From Longimicrobiales bacterium (lineage in GTDB: Bacteria; Gemmatimonadota; Gemmatimonadetes; Longimicrobiales; Gaopeijiaceae): DNA of 64,000 nt. The notes below the pieces were generated by a model. That model did not search any database and was not told where the DNA came from. It saw only the letters and a list, made by a program, of their open reading frames with translations. The DNA is taken from positions 640,001 to 704,000 of the forward strand of contig CBDCNQ010000002.1 in assembly GCA_965219445.1 (NCBI GenBank), written 5' to 3'. This document shows positions 50,091 through 60,568 of this stretch, in pieces (position 1 is the first letter of the stretch; every line of letters begins with the position of its first letter). A program made the translations under genes and the position numbers.

Positions 50091-52304
50091 ATGGAAATCA
50101 CCCACCGAAGGGCCGGAGTGACCCGTGACGTAACAAGTGCGTTGGCCTGCATCCTCGCCACGGTGGCGTTTCCCGTGGCTGGCTCGGCCCAACAGGCCTC
50201 GTTTACCGCGGCGCAGGCCGAGGCGGGAGCCGCCGTCTACCAGAGCGCCTGCGCGGTGTGCCACTTGGCGAGCCTGCAGGGGTCCGGCGAGGCGCCACAG
50301 CTAGCGGGCATCGACTTTCGCACGTTTCGCGGAAACCAGCCCGCCGTGGAGCTGATGGACTACGTTCGCACCACGATGCCCCCCGGTGAGGAGGGGTCGC
50401 TCACCGACGAAGAGTACGCTGCGATCACGGCGTATATCATGCGCGAGAACGGTGTGGCCCAGGGCTCGACTCCGTTCAGCCTCGCCTCCCGGGGATCTCT
50501 CGTCCTCGGTGGGGGGGCCGTGGCTGGGCTTGTGCCGGGCCCAATCATCCCGCCCATTCCGGGACGACCGGGAACCGGACCCTCACCCAGGGGAGTGAAC
50601 TCACTGCCGGACGTCGGTTCCCTCTCTGAGAGCCGAACGGGAGCCACCCGAACGTATCGGCCGATCGCGAACTTCCTACCGGTTTCGGACGAGGAGCTCC
50701 GCAACCCGGACCCCGGTGATTGGCTCAGCCCGCGGGGCAATCTCGGGTCGTGGGGATACAGCTCGCTCGATCAGATCAACACCGACAACGTAGATCGGCT
50801 CGAGCTCGCGTGGGTCTGGGGGATGGAGGACGGGACCCGCAGCCAGCCCGCGCCGCTCGTCCACGCCGGAGTCATGTACCTGCCGAACTGGGGCAACACG
50901 ATCCAGGCGCTGGACGGTGCGACTGGCACCCTCCTGTGGGAGTACCGCAGGTCCTTCCCGGAGGGGATGTCGGGCGGTCGCGGACGGGCGCGTACGATCT
51001 CGCTCTGGGAGGACATGATCCTCGTGTCCACGAACGACGCGTACATGCTGGCCCTGGATGCGGCGACGGGCGAGATCCGATGGGAAACCCGCATAGCGAA
51101 CGAGCCCGGGCTCGGCTTCGAGAACTCGAGCGGTCCCGTGATCGCCAATGGCAAGGCGGTCAACGGGATCAACGGGTGCACTCGCCTGATCAATGAGAGC
51201 TGCTTCATCACGGCGCACGACGCCCGGACGGGGGATGAGCTCTGGCGAACCTTCACGATCGCACGCCCTGGGGAGCCTGGCGGTGATACGTGGGGTGATA
51301 TTCCCTTTGAGCTCCGTGGCGGTGGGGACGTCTGGAATACCGGGAGCTACGATCCCGACCTCGGCTTGGTCTATTTCGGCGTCGCCCAGGGCAAGCCGTG
51401 GGCTTCCGCGAGCCGGGGCCTGACCATGGCGGACTCGGTGCTCTACACGAGCTCGACGCTGGCGCTGGACGAGAATACTGGAGAGATCGTCTGGTATCGC
51501 CAGCACGTACCCGCGGAGTCACTCGACTTGGACGAGGCGATGGAGCAGGTGCTAATCGACGTCGATGGCGTTCCGGCGCTTATGACCAGCGGAAAACACG
51601 GGGTGCTCTGGAAGCTGGACCGGCGCGACGGGACCTTCCTGGGCATGAAAGAGGCCGTCTTTCAGAATGTCCTGGAGATCGACCCCGAGAGCGGCGCCGT
51701 CCAGTACCGGCCGGACATACGGGACGCCCAGGTGGGGGATTGGGTATCGGTCTGTCCCTCGACAGCGGGCGGGAAGAATTGGCACGCCATGGGCTATCAT
51801 CCGGGTGCGGGCGTCATCGTTGTCCCGTTGAGCCAGAGCTGCATGGACTACTCCGCGCGCGCAGTGGAAATGGTGGAAGGCGGCGGGAGCAGCGGAGGGA
51901 CCCGAGTCTGGTGGGAGATGCCCGGAACCGATGGCAACCTGGGCAAGCTAGGCGCTTACGATGTCAGAACGATGGAGGAAGTATGGAGTGTGCAGCAGCG
52001 GGCGCCCTTCCTCACCTCAGCCCTGACCACGGGTGGAGGGCTCGTCTTCATGGGCGATTACGATCGGTGGATTCGGGCGTACGACGTAACCAACGGTGAG
52101 CAGCTCTGGGAAACCCGACTGGCCACCGCGGTCCAGGGATATCCGATGACATACGAGGTCGATGGGGTGCAGTACGTGGCGATACCCGCGGGCGTCATCG
52201 GCGGCAGCCCCTGGAACGTCTCCCGGTTCCTGGCACCCGAGATCCGCATTCCTCCCGGAAACAGGCACAACGCCATGTACGTATTCCGGCTGAACGAACG
52301 GTAG
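50091..52304 (+). CDS. Quinohemoprotein: N-terminal cytochrome c fused to PQQ-dependent dehydrogenase
   Basis: CAVCH...TMPP; Pro-rich linker; [17 protein letters not shown] repeats, [12 protein letters not shown]. Confidence 0.88.
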   Translation: MEITHRRAGVTRDVTSALACILATVAFPVAGSAQQASFTAAQAEAGAAVYQSACAVCHLASLQGSGEAPQLAGIDFRTFRGNQPAVELMDYVRTTMPPGEEGSLTDEEYAAITAYIMRENGVAQGSTPFSLASRGSLVLGGGAVAGLVPGPIIPPIPGRPGTGPSPRGVNSLPDVGSLSESRTGATRTYRPIANFLPVSDEELRNPDPGDWLSPRGNLGSWGYSSLDQINTDNVDRLELAWVWGMEDGTRSQPAPLVHAGVMYLPNWGNTIQALDGATGTLLWEYRRSFPEGMSGGRGRARTISLWEDMILVSTNDAYMLALDAATGEIRWETRIANEPGLGFENSSGPVIANGKAVNGINGCTRLINESCFITAHDARTGDELWRTFTIARPGEPGGDTWGDIPFELRGGGDVWNTGSYDPDLGLVYFGVAQGKPWASASRGLTMADSVLYTSSTLALDENTGEIVWYRQHVPAESLDLDEAMEQVLIDVDGVPALMTSGKHGVLWKLDRRDGTFLGMKEAVFQNVLEIDPESGAVQYRPDIRDAQVGDWVSVCPSTAGGKNWHAMGYHPGAGVIVVPLSQSCMDYSARAVEMVEGGGSSGGTRVWWEMPGTDGNLGKLGAYDVRTMEEVWSVQQRAPFLTSALTTGGGLVFMGDYDRWIRAYDVTNGEQLWETRLATAVQGYPMTYEVDGVQYVAIPAGVIGGSPWNVSRFLAPEIRIPPGNRHNAMYVFRLNER

Positions 52305-52336
52305 GCCCTGCGCCCGCCCGACATTGACTGGTCGCC

Positions 52337-52392
52337 GAGTGCGCTGAGCCAAGGAGTGCCCTGAGCAAAGGACGAGTGCCCTGAGCCAAGGA
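52337..52392. repeat. Three short degenerate tandem repeats
   Basis: gagtgc(g/c)ctgagc(c/a)aag three times upstream of the NHL gene. Confidence 0.7.
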
Positions 52393-52412
52393 ATGGAGAG
52401 GAGGGAATACAG

Positions 52413-53549
52413 ATGTCACGCTTCGGTCTCATGAGGTACGGGTTATGCAGCGGCGTTGCGGCGCTGCTTTGGATGGCTGGGCCGTTGTCAGCGCAGGCTG
52501 GCGGTGGCGAGGTATCGAGGGAGCGACAGGCAGAGCTTCAGAAGGCTTCGGAGTTGTCGCGGCGCCCGACGAGCACAATGCCCAGTCCGTACCGATTGGT
52601 GGAAAACTGGCCTACGCTACCGCCGGGAATGGAGTGGGGAGCTGCGATCGGCATCATACCAGATGATACGGGAGGCACATGGATGCTCTTCCGGTCGGAG
52701 ATTCCGATCCTGTACATCAACTCGAACGGGCAGGTCACGAAGAGCTTTGGCGAGGGGATGATCGTGCAGGCGCACGGGTTCTGCATGGACAGAGACGGGA
52801 ACCTGTGGGCCGGGGATAGTGGTCCCTTCAGGGACGACCCCTCCTCGAGGGGGCGCGGCTTCCAGATCCACAAATTCAGTCAAGATGGCGAGTTGCTGAT
52901 GAGCCTGGGTCGGGCGGGGTTCTCGAGGGCGGATAGAGCGAACACGTTCATCGGCCCAACGGCCTGCACGGTAGCGCCGGATGGGAACATCATCATAGCG
53001 GACGGACATTGGCCGCGACCCTCGACGGCACAACAGGACGGAGATCGTATTGTAGTGGTCACGCCGGAGGGAGCGTTCATCCGAGAGACGGGTCGTCTCG
53101 GCGCCGGTCCGGGTGAGTTCATGGGACCGCATTCGTTGGCGCTCGATGCGGACGGTCGCATCTTCGTGGCTGATCGATCGAACAATCGGATTCAGATTTT
53201 GGACCGGAACTTGAACTTCGTGGACGATTGGCGGCACTTCGGGCGGCCGAGCGGAGTCACGGTGCTGAGCGACGGTACTTTGGTCGTCTCCGACTCGGAA
53301 TCCGGCGCCACGATACCTGGGCCGGACACCGCGCTGGACGGGCTGGCGGGAGTTCGCAACCCAGGCTTTCAAGTCGGGATTCGGGTCGGAAGGGTAGACG
53401 GCTCACTGCGATACTTCATCCCTGGCACCCGGCCGGAGGGAATGGCGGCGGACAACCTGGGCAACATCTTTGCCGGCCTGACAGGCGGATGCGATGTGAG
53501 CCCCTCGGGCGGTTGCCTGCAGAAATGGGTACCCGTGGGACCCCGCTAA
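52413..53549 (+). CDS. Secreted NHL-repeat PAL-like protein (variant active site)
   Basis: QAHGF, ADGHW, GPHSL, ADRSNNRIQ, RPEG. Confidence 0.83.
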   Translation: MSRFGLMRYGLCSGVAALLWMAGPLSAQAGGGEVSRERQAELQKASELSRRPTSTMPSPYRLVENWPTLPPGMEWGAAIGIIPDDTGGTWMLFRSEIPILYINSNGQVTKSFGEGMIVQAHGFCMDRDGNLWAGDSGPFRDDPSSRGRGFQIHKFSQDGELLMSLGRAGFSRADRANTFIGPTACTVAPDGNIIIADGHWPRPSTAQQDGDRIVVVTPEGAFIRETGRLGAGPGEFMGPHSLALDADGRIFVADRSNNRIQILDRNLNFVDDWRHFGRPSGVTVLSDGTLVVSDSESGATIPGPDTALDGLAGVRNPGFQVGIRVGRVDGSLRYFIPGTRPEGMAADNLGNIFAGLTGGCDVSPSGGCLQKWVPVGPR

Positions 53550-54653
53550 TTCGCGGGTCGAGGGAAAACCGACATCTTTCCGAGGTCGTTCGAGGGCGTC
53601 AGCGCGCGAAAGTCGCCTGGTTAAGGCGGGCGATGGGGTCGGGCATACTAGTTCCCCATCCGCTGGCGAAGCTCCTCGAAGAAGTTGGTGACCACAAAGA
53701 ACCGTTCCTCTGACACCTCGCTCTCCAGGTCTGCGACTTGGCTGAGCATCTGTGGAACCACCAGGCGGTCCCCATCAGGATGGAGGTCTGAGGCGGGTCG
53801 GAAGTAGCCCGCCGTGAACAAGGAGTCCCTGGATAGCACCACCGGCACGGGATCTCGTTGGATGCGGGCGGCAAAGAAGGTGTCGTCGACTCTCCCAGCC
53901 TCCCTTGCGGTCCAGTAGTAGATGGTGTTGCCGTCTGGTGACCATCGGGGGAACTCACCTCCGCCCTCCGACACCAGTGTCCGTTCACCGGCTTCAGGAA
54001 AACTCCGAATGTAGATCTCCGGTGTACCCGTCTCGTCAGACCCATAAGCGGCCAGGGTCCCATCCGGTGAAACCACGATTTCGTGAAGGTTGGCCTCCTG
54101 CTCCAGGTAAGCCTCCGCCCTCGGGCTGTCCGGGTCCGAGAGATCGAGCATCCACAGATCGGTTGGCGGCGGCCCCCACTCGAACACGATCAGCGTGTCG
54201 CTCGGCCACTGCGTGGGGAGTTGAGCGCCGGGAAGTGTGATGAGGAGTTCCGCAGGCGTGTCGTTGTCCAACCTCTTCACGAACAGATCGGATCCGTCGG
54301 TTCCTTCCCGCTGGGAAGAAAACACGACACGGGTCCCATCCGATGAAGTCACAGGTCCGACATTGCTCCCTTGGAAAGTAAGCTGTCTCGGCGTCGCCCC
54401 CAGTTCTACGTCGAAGGCGAAAATGTGAGGGTCTGCTTCGCCGTCCGGGCGACTCTCATAGACCACCGACCGACCATCAGGAGACCACATCACGTCACGG
54501 AGGCTTCGTGGAGCTAGGACCAGAGGCTCTATATTACCCTCCAGATCCACGACGAGGAGCCGTTGTCCGCTACCCGTACCAGTGGTAGCAAGAGCGCCTG
54601 CTCCATACACCAGAGTCCCGTTCTGCGAGACCGCGAACCGGGCGTCGAAACCG

Positions 54654-55251
54654 TCCATAGACGAAACCGTCCATAGACGTCCATAGACGTCCATAGACGA
54701 CCGGGGGCAAGCCGAGGCTTGGCAGAATATCGAAGATGGGTCAGCGCGATCTCAGGCGGCTCCTGATCACGGGCGCCATGACGATTGTCCACCACGCGAT
54801 CCGACGCGGCGAGACGACGGATCCGTGGCTAGCCAGGATGTTGGCACGCAAGCCCAGGATGCTGGTCGCGGTAGCGCTGGCGAACAGGATGGCGCGCATT
54901 GTCTGGGCGCTTACGACGAAGAAGGAGATCTATCGGGCTCACGCTGCCGCCGCCTGACCGGGCGAAAGGAGGGAAGCCGAGAGGAGGACAGCTGTTGGGG
55001 ATGTGAGCAGGTCGGAGGACAGGTAAGGGCAAACGGTCAATGAGACGGGGTCGAGAAAACCAGCAACCGAACGGAGAGCACCGAAGCTCGCGTAACCGAT
55101 ATGGACTCGGCCCGCGTATCTCCATACAGGCCAGCGGCCAACTGAGTTGCCGCACCAACAGGCCGGATAGACGACAGCACCTGACCACATGCACCGAACC
55201 GTTCGAAGAAAAGCTTGCATCAAAGGGGGCGTCCATAGACGTCCATAGACG
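54654..55251 (+). mobile_element. Truncated IS110-family (IS1111-type) element: transposase 3' fragment plus long right-end non-coding region
   Basis: 54700-54957 encodes TGGKPRLGRISKMGQRDLRRLL..GA...VAVALANRMARIVWA; right end GGGGGCGTCCAT-AGACG; CG core present at both flanks. Confidence 0.88.
55027..55180 (+). ncRNA. Putative IS1111 bridge/seekRNA (limits approximate)
   Basis: Two stem-loops whose internal loops carry ACCGAACG and CGTAACCG (match target halves) and TCCATACA and ATAGACG (donor end). Confidence 0.7.
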
Positions 55252-57018
55252 TTCGGTATCGAAACTCCGTCGAATAGAGTGACGGGATCTCCGACGACTT
55301 CGCCCCGACGAGCGTCGAACGCTACGGCCCACAGGGTCCCTGAAACGTCGGCGTACAGCAGGTGCCCTGTCTCTATGTATGCGGCGTCGAGGGCGCCTGC
55401 CCGAACTACTCGCACCGAGTCCGTATCCAAGTCGAGGATCAGAGTTGAGAGAGCTACGGGGTCCGTGAAGATGACGGCCCCACCTCCGGGGAGAAGCCTC
55501 GGGTTACGAACTGATGTCGTAGGGTCTAGGAGAGGCTGGGGATCGCCCCCTGTTTCAGGAACGCGGTAGAGGCCCCGACCTCCGGCTCCGGTATGTGTGA
55601 AGACGACGGTTCCGTCGTCCCCCCAATGGAGACCAGCCACACGAGCCGCCGGGATGTCGGTCACGGTCTGCGGGGCACCTCCTGAGAGCGCCACTCTTTG
55701 AATGGACCCCTCGCCGGCGACGCCGAAGACCAATGACTCTCCGTCCGGTGAAAAAGAGGCGAAGGCGGTGCCTTCGGTTCCCGGTATAGGCCGAAAGCCT
55801 TCCTCATCGGCATTGCGCCAGTAGAGCGGCCCTCCACTGACCAGAGCGAACCGCAGGCCATCTGGGGATACCAGAATATCGCCAGAAGGGGTAAGCGAGA
55901 GGTCTCCGAGGTCAACCGACGCGAGCGTAACCGGAATTGCGGCGCGGGTCTGTTCCAGCCCCAGAGGGCGAGGGCCACGAAGAGGGCAGTGGTCGTCGCA
56001 AAGGCGACCGTCAGTCGATTCCAGGGGCCAGCCACCGTAGCAGGTCCTTGCGCGGCTACTGCCTCCGAGGTCGAGGCCGTTACGGATGTCCGAGCCCGAG
56101 CCTTGTACGTGAACCTCTCGTCCGCGAGCGCCGCAGCGAACTCAGCCGCGCTCGTGAAGCGGTCGGCGGGTAGCTTCTCCAGCGCCTGAGCGAGTGCATG
56201 GCCGACATGGGGTGGCACGGTCCTGCGCTCACTCGTGATCGACGGTGCATCCATCGTGAGGATCTTGACCAGCACGGCTTGGGCGGTTGTCGCCGAGAAG
56301 GGTGGCTGCCCGGAGAGCATCTCGTACAGCACACAGCCGAGCGCGTAGACATCAGACCGTGGGTCCACGTCCCTGTCGCCTGTGGCCTGCTCGGGACTCA
56401 TGTAGTGCGGTGTGCCCAGGCTGAGTCCGGTCTCTGTGATGCGCCCAGCACCCGCCTGAGCCACGGCCAACGCAATACCGAAGTCTGCTACGAGCGGCTC
56501 GCCCTGAGCACTCAGGAGGATGTTGCCCGGCTTGATGTCGCGGTGGACGACGCCGTTCTGGTGTGCGTAGTCGAGTGCGCCCGCCACCTTCTGCGTGATC
56601 GCCAGTGCGTCCTCCACACCGAGTTGCTTCTCGCGGTCGATCCGCTCCCTGAGTGATTCACCTTCGATGTGGGGCATCACGTAGAAGAGGAAGCCATCCG
56701 CTTCGCCCGAATCGAACAGTGGAAGGATATGCGGGTGAGTCAGGTTCGCGGTCGTCTTGATCTCGGCCAGGAACCGCTCGGCCCCTACCACCGCGGCCAA
56801 CTCGGGCTTCAGCACCTTGAGGGCTACGTTTCGGTTGTGTTTCAGATCCTTGGCGAGGAAGACCGTCGCCATCCCGCCTTCGCCGAGTTCACGCTCAATG
56901 GCGTAGCGGCCTTCGAGGGCTGCGTTGAGACGGGCGACGGGATCAGTCATGGCGGACAAGATGCGTCTAAGGGGTGTGGCGCGGCAAGGATCCTATCCTC
57001 ACCGATCTACTGAGGTGG

Positions 57019-57195
57019 CTATTCGTCCAGCCTGGCCTCGATCCGTCTCAGGCGCTCGTCGATCTCCTGCAGTTTGTGCAGGATCATGATGTGGGTCTTT
57101 TTCGCGTCGATCCCCACGGGGCTCGTCTCGCTGGAGATCTCACGCTCGATCGAAACGAAGATGTCGGGGGGCACGTCCAAGCCGCGGTCGTCCAT
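57019..57195 (-). CDS. Small hypothetical protein, 58 aa, coiled-coil-like C-terminus (below ORF-track cutoff)
   Basis: GGAGG RBS; MDDRGLDVPPDIFVSIEREISSETSPVGIDAKKTHIMILHKLQEIDERLRRIEARLDE. Confidence 0.6.
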   Translation of the reverse strand: MDDRGLDVPPDIFVSIEREISSETSPVGIDAKKTHIMILHKLQEIDERLRRIEARLDE

Positions 57196-57522
57196 CGGAA
57201 CCTCCGTTGATGAGCGTCAGAGAACCTACGATGCCGATGAGCAGGTTGAGAGGCAAGCCGGAAGCCGGGGCGGGATTGACCTCCTCCGGTCGGTCGGCTC
57301 GTCGCCGGCCGGAGATTACCAGACGGCCAGATGCTCTACTACCGCAGTGGCTCACAGTTCTTGGCGGTCGAGGTTGCAACCGTGCCTACATTCGCCGTGT
57401 TGTCCGCTCCCGATGCTCTCGCTCATCCAAGAACAGGCCGTTATTATCACCGGCATCCGCGCCGGCACCGCCAGCGATTGCTACGCGTGTGCCGTCGGCC
57501 GGACCATGCCCACGGAGGACTG

Positions 57523-58554
57523 ATGACCAACGCACGTAGATGCGCTCCCCGCCTCGTTACGGCGCTTTCGCTGTTAGTGGCCTTACGGTTCATCCCCGCC
57601 GCGCTCGAGGCTCAGTCGCCGCCGGCCCAACCGCCCGCAGACTGGGGCCCCATCTCGATCAATATGGAGGAGATCTCCTACCCGCATCCGGTAGAGTTCC
57701 TGAACTTGCAGCTATTTGGTCAGGACGTCCGGATCGCGTACATGGACGTGTCACCGGTCGGGCCGCCGAACGGTCGGACTGTCGTACTCCTCCACGGAGG
57801 GAGCTACTACGGGTGGTACTGGAAGGAGCAGATCGAGGCTCTCCGCAGCGAAGGGTATCGAGTCGTCGTGAAGGACCGCCTCGGGTGGGGCAAGTCCTCC
57901 AAGCCCATCCTTCCGTACAGTATGAGCCTGCACGCTTCCAACACGGCGCGACTCCTAGAGCACCTGGGGACCTCCCAGGCAGCCATCGTCGGCCACTCGG
58001 TCGGCGGCCGGATGGCCACCCGCTTCGCCTTCCTATATCCGGAGATGACGACGCACCTCGTGACCGTCAACCAGACCGGCCTGACCGACCAACGCGCGGG
58101 ACGGGGGTATCGGCCCTTCACCGGGGAGATCGACGCGGAGCCGGACCTGCAGAGCGCCTACGAGGCCGCGGTTCGGACGGATATGCGCCGCTACGTGAAC
58201 TGGAAACCCAAGTTCCTCGAGCACCTCCGTATCCGGTACGGCCAACGCCTCAGCGGCGACTGGCCACGGCTGGCCTATGTACGGTCGCTCGGTGGCAACC
58301 TGCGTTCGATGGATACGATCGTGGACGACTGGCCCCACGTCCAGACGAAGACGCTGATCCTCGGCGGAGAGATCGACGGACCCGACTTTCCTGAGAACGC
58401 GCGACATGCGGTGGACGTTCTCCCCAACGCCGAAGTCTTCCTGATCCCCGGCGTCGGCCACAACCCGCACGAAGAGGTGCCAGAGATCGTGAACGCCGAG
58501 CTGATCCGCTTCCTCGGGTCGGACGCCCACGAGCCGGCGGGGCGTGGCGGCTAG
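57523..58554 (+). CDS. Secreted alpha/beta hydrolase
   Basis: Signal peptide; LLHGG, GWGKSSKP, GHSVG nucleophile, GHNPH; RBS GGAGG. Confidence 0.88.
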   Translation: MTNARRCAPRLVTALSLLVALRFIPAALEAQSPPAQPPADWGPISINMEEISYPHPVEFLNLQLFGQDVRIAYMDVSPVGPPNGRTVVLLHGGSYYGWYWKEQIEALRSEGYRVVVKDRLGWGKSSKPILPYSMSLHASNTARLLEHLGTSQAAIVGHSVGGRMATRFAFLYPEMTTHLVTVNQTGLTDQRAGRGYRPFTGEIDAEPDLQSAYEAAVRTDMRRYVNWKPKFLEHLRIRYGQRLSGDWPRLAYVRSLGGNLRSMDTIVDDWPHVQTKTLILGGEIDGPDFPENARHAVDVLPNAEVFLIPGVGHNPHEEVPEIVNAELIRFLGSDAHEPAGRGG

Positions 58555-58585
58555 GCCGGAGCGTCCTTGTGGCTTAGAGGGCCAT

Positions 58586-58774
58586 CTAGCCTTGTCCGAT
58601 CCGCAGCGCGATCCACAACAGGCCGCCGCCGATTAGAGCCGTTACGATCCCGGCATAGGCCCATCCAATCTGGCCGGTCATGAACGAGCCGGGCAGGATG
58701 TTGATCCCCTGCAGAATCCAGACGGCCCCGGTGAGGAGGAGAAGAACTGAGATGACGATCAGTGTGATTCTCAT
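58586..58774 (-). CDS. Small two-TM membrane protein
   Basis: Two hydrophobic helices around W.LQG..LPGSFMTG; GGGAG RBS. Confidence 0.65.
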   Translation of the reverse strand: MRITLIVISVLLLLTGAVWILQGINILPGSFMTGQIGWAYAGIVTALIGGGLLWIALRIGQG

Positions 58775-58813
58775 GTCTCCCAGCGCGCGTTGAACTCACA
58801 GCTCAAAGCCCAC

Positions 58814-59464
58814 TCAGTTCATTCCCTCGCCCCGCTTCATGAGACCCATGTGCTGCTCGGCTTGAGCCAGCCCCCCCTCCCCTTCGCTCCAGCTGGTGCG
58901 ACCGTTTCCATCCGCGTCGGTCCCATCGACGATGGCTTGAATGGCCGTCTGAATTTCCTGCGTGAGTTCTGCGGCGGCGCCAGCCGACTCGGCGTTCTTG
59001 ACCTGCTCGCCGAGTTCCAGCACATGCTGGCCCCACGCCACAACGTTGTTCGCAGCCGTCGACACGTGGTTTGCGTGGGTCTTGATGTTGTCCGACGCGT
59101 CGTCGGAGTTGGCCGCGAGGCCGATGTGCCTCGCCGCGCCTTGGGCAGCCTGGACCAGACCGTACCCATTGCCCGGACCGGACTCCTCCACAGTGGGATC
59201 GATCGCATTCATGACATGCCCGATGTGCCGCTGAATCGCGCCCAGGTCGTCGGGGTTCCGCAGAGCCAGGCCCGCATGTGTGGCAGCGACCTGCGCCTCA
59301 GCGGCGGCAGTCGGAAGCAACCCCTGGCCCTCCGGAGTGCCTCGGAACCCATCCAAAACGTGTCCCATATGTCGGTGCGATGCGCTCTCCTGTGCAAGGG
59401 CTGGGTCGCTGGTCGCTACGACGCCAACTGCCACCAAAAGAGCCAGGCCAGTCGAGAATCTCAT
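58814..59464 (-). CDS. Secreted His-rich helical protein, possible metal-binding
   Basis: Signal peptide ending ALA-Q; 11 His in HxxH and AxxH(A/I/M)GL patterns; RBS GGAGGT. Confidence 0.7.
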   Translation of the reverse strand: MRFSTGLALLVAVGVVATSDPALAQESASHRHMGHVLDGFRGTPEGQGLLPTAAAEAQVAATHAGLALRNPDDLGAIQRHIGHVMNAIDPTVEESGPGNGYGLVQAAQGAARHIGLAANSDDASDNIKTHANHVSTAANNVVAWGQHVLELGEQVKNAESAGAAAELTQEIQTAIQAIVDGTDADGNGRTSWSEGEGGLAQAEQHMGLMKRGEGMN

Positions 59465-59840
59465 GACAACCTCCTGCCCGAGCGTCAAACTCAACTCAGT
59501 GCGTAAATGAGGAGCGAACCGTGGCCCGCCCGCCTGCGTCAGCAAAGATGTGACGAATTCTTTGTACGCGCTAGATGAGCTGTGAGCTATGGGCTACGAG
59601 CTGAGGGTTGGCGCCGCCCCCCGCCACCTGACCCACGTATCGGCGGCTAGGACCGGTGTTGGTGAAAGCATGGTGGGGACGGCATGAAGGCGCTTGAGGC
59701 CCTCGCTACAGGCATGGAGTGCGTACAGGCTCAGGAGATGCGAAACTGTCGTCGAGGTCCCACGAAGGCATTCCCCTGCGCTCAAGCTACGCGTGATGAT
59801 CGGGCGGTGCGATGGCTAGGCTCCCGAACGAGCCTTCCCG

Positions 59841-60317
59841 CTATGGCTCGATCCTAACATTGACCTGCAAATAGCTGACTGACCCATCAAGCTCACTGAA
59901 CCAATGCGGCGTACCCGGCGGCAGCACCACCACATCTCCAACAGCCACTCTCCGACTCTCGCCGTTGTCTATCCTAAAGCTCCTCATATTCGTTGCCGAT
60001 GAATCAGCCAGCGGCCGAGCCAGGGTCCCGCCAGTGACGAGCGTTCCGCTGCCATCCACAATCTGGAAGATCTCAATGCTTCGCCGGTGGATGATTGCGT
60101 ACTGAGTCGGCCCTCCCGCAGCACGTCTCCGCACCGACACGCCCTGATGTATCGAGACCGCAGCACCTGCGGAACCCGTCTCTAATCCGATGCTGTCGAG
60201 TCCCGCGGCAACCTCACCAGCACTCATGAAGATGCCAGGCGGGGAAACGGGAGTCTGCCCGCAAAGAACGCTGGGCAAAGCAGAAAGACCGATCAGCGTA
60301 AGTGACACGATCCGCAT
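59841..60317 (-). CDS. Secreted cupin-like protein
   Basis: H....E....G.GTLVTGG and GDVVVLPPGTPHWF; similar to 47000..47464. Confidence 0.75.
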   Translation of the reverse strand: MRIVSLTLIGLSALPSVLCGQTPVSPPGIFMSAGEVAAGLDSIGLETGSAGAAVSIHQGVSVRRRAAGGPTQYAIIHRRSIEIFQIVDGSGTLVTGGTLARPLADSSATNMRSFRIDNGESRRVAVGDVVVLPPGTPHWFSELDGSVSYLQVNVRIEP

Positions 60318-60568
60318 TGCTAGTCCCTCTCATGAAGGCGTTCACTTCGCCGGCTCCGATGGCGTGTCTCAATGTACCGACCGAGCCCAGAACACGCGAG
60401 CCAGAACACGCGAGCCGGAAGGAGAGCGCCTTCTCTCGGTAAGAGACTATCGTCTCGCTGCGAAACGGCACCGGCCACTCCCCAGCCCGATCCGTCTCCA
60501 CCTCGAACTCATCGTGCGGGGAGAACACGACGCCCATCACGCGCCGGGGCAACCGCTGTCCTGACCCG

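Larger units (their letters stand above)
53648..56950 (-). pseudogene. Ser/Thr protein kinase - TM - TolB-like beta-propeller gene, frameshifted (about 55940) and interrupted by an IS remnant
   Basis: GEGGMATV, VALK, HRDIKPGN, DFG, GTPHYMSPE; TM helix; SPDG repeats in separate pieces; frame restored as GVSIPN|GFDARF when 54654-55251 is removed. Confidence 0.9.

Noticed and set aside
54654..54699. Short repeats as a CRISPR array
   Set aside because: 10-bp units without unique spacers, identical to the IS end; no cas genes
60387..60414. 14-bp tandem repeat ccagaacacgcgag
   Set aside because: Two copies only, no associated structure
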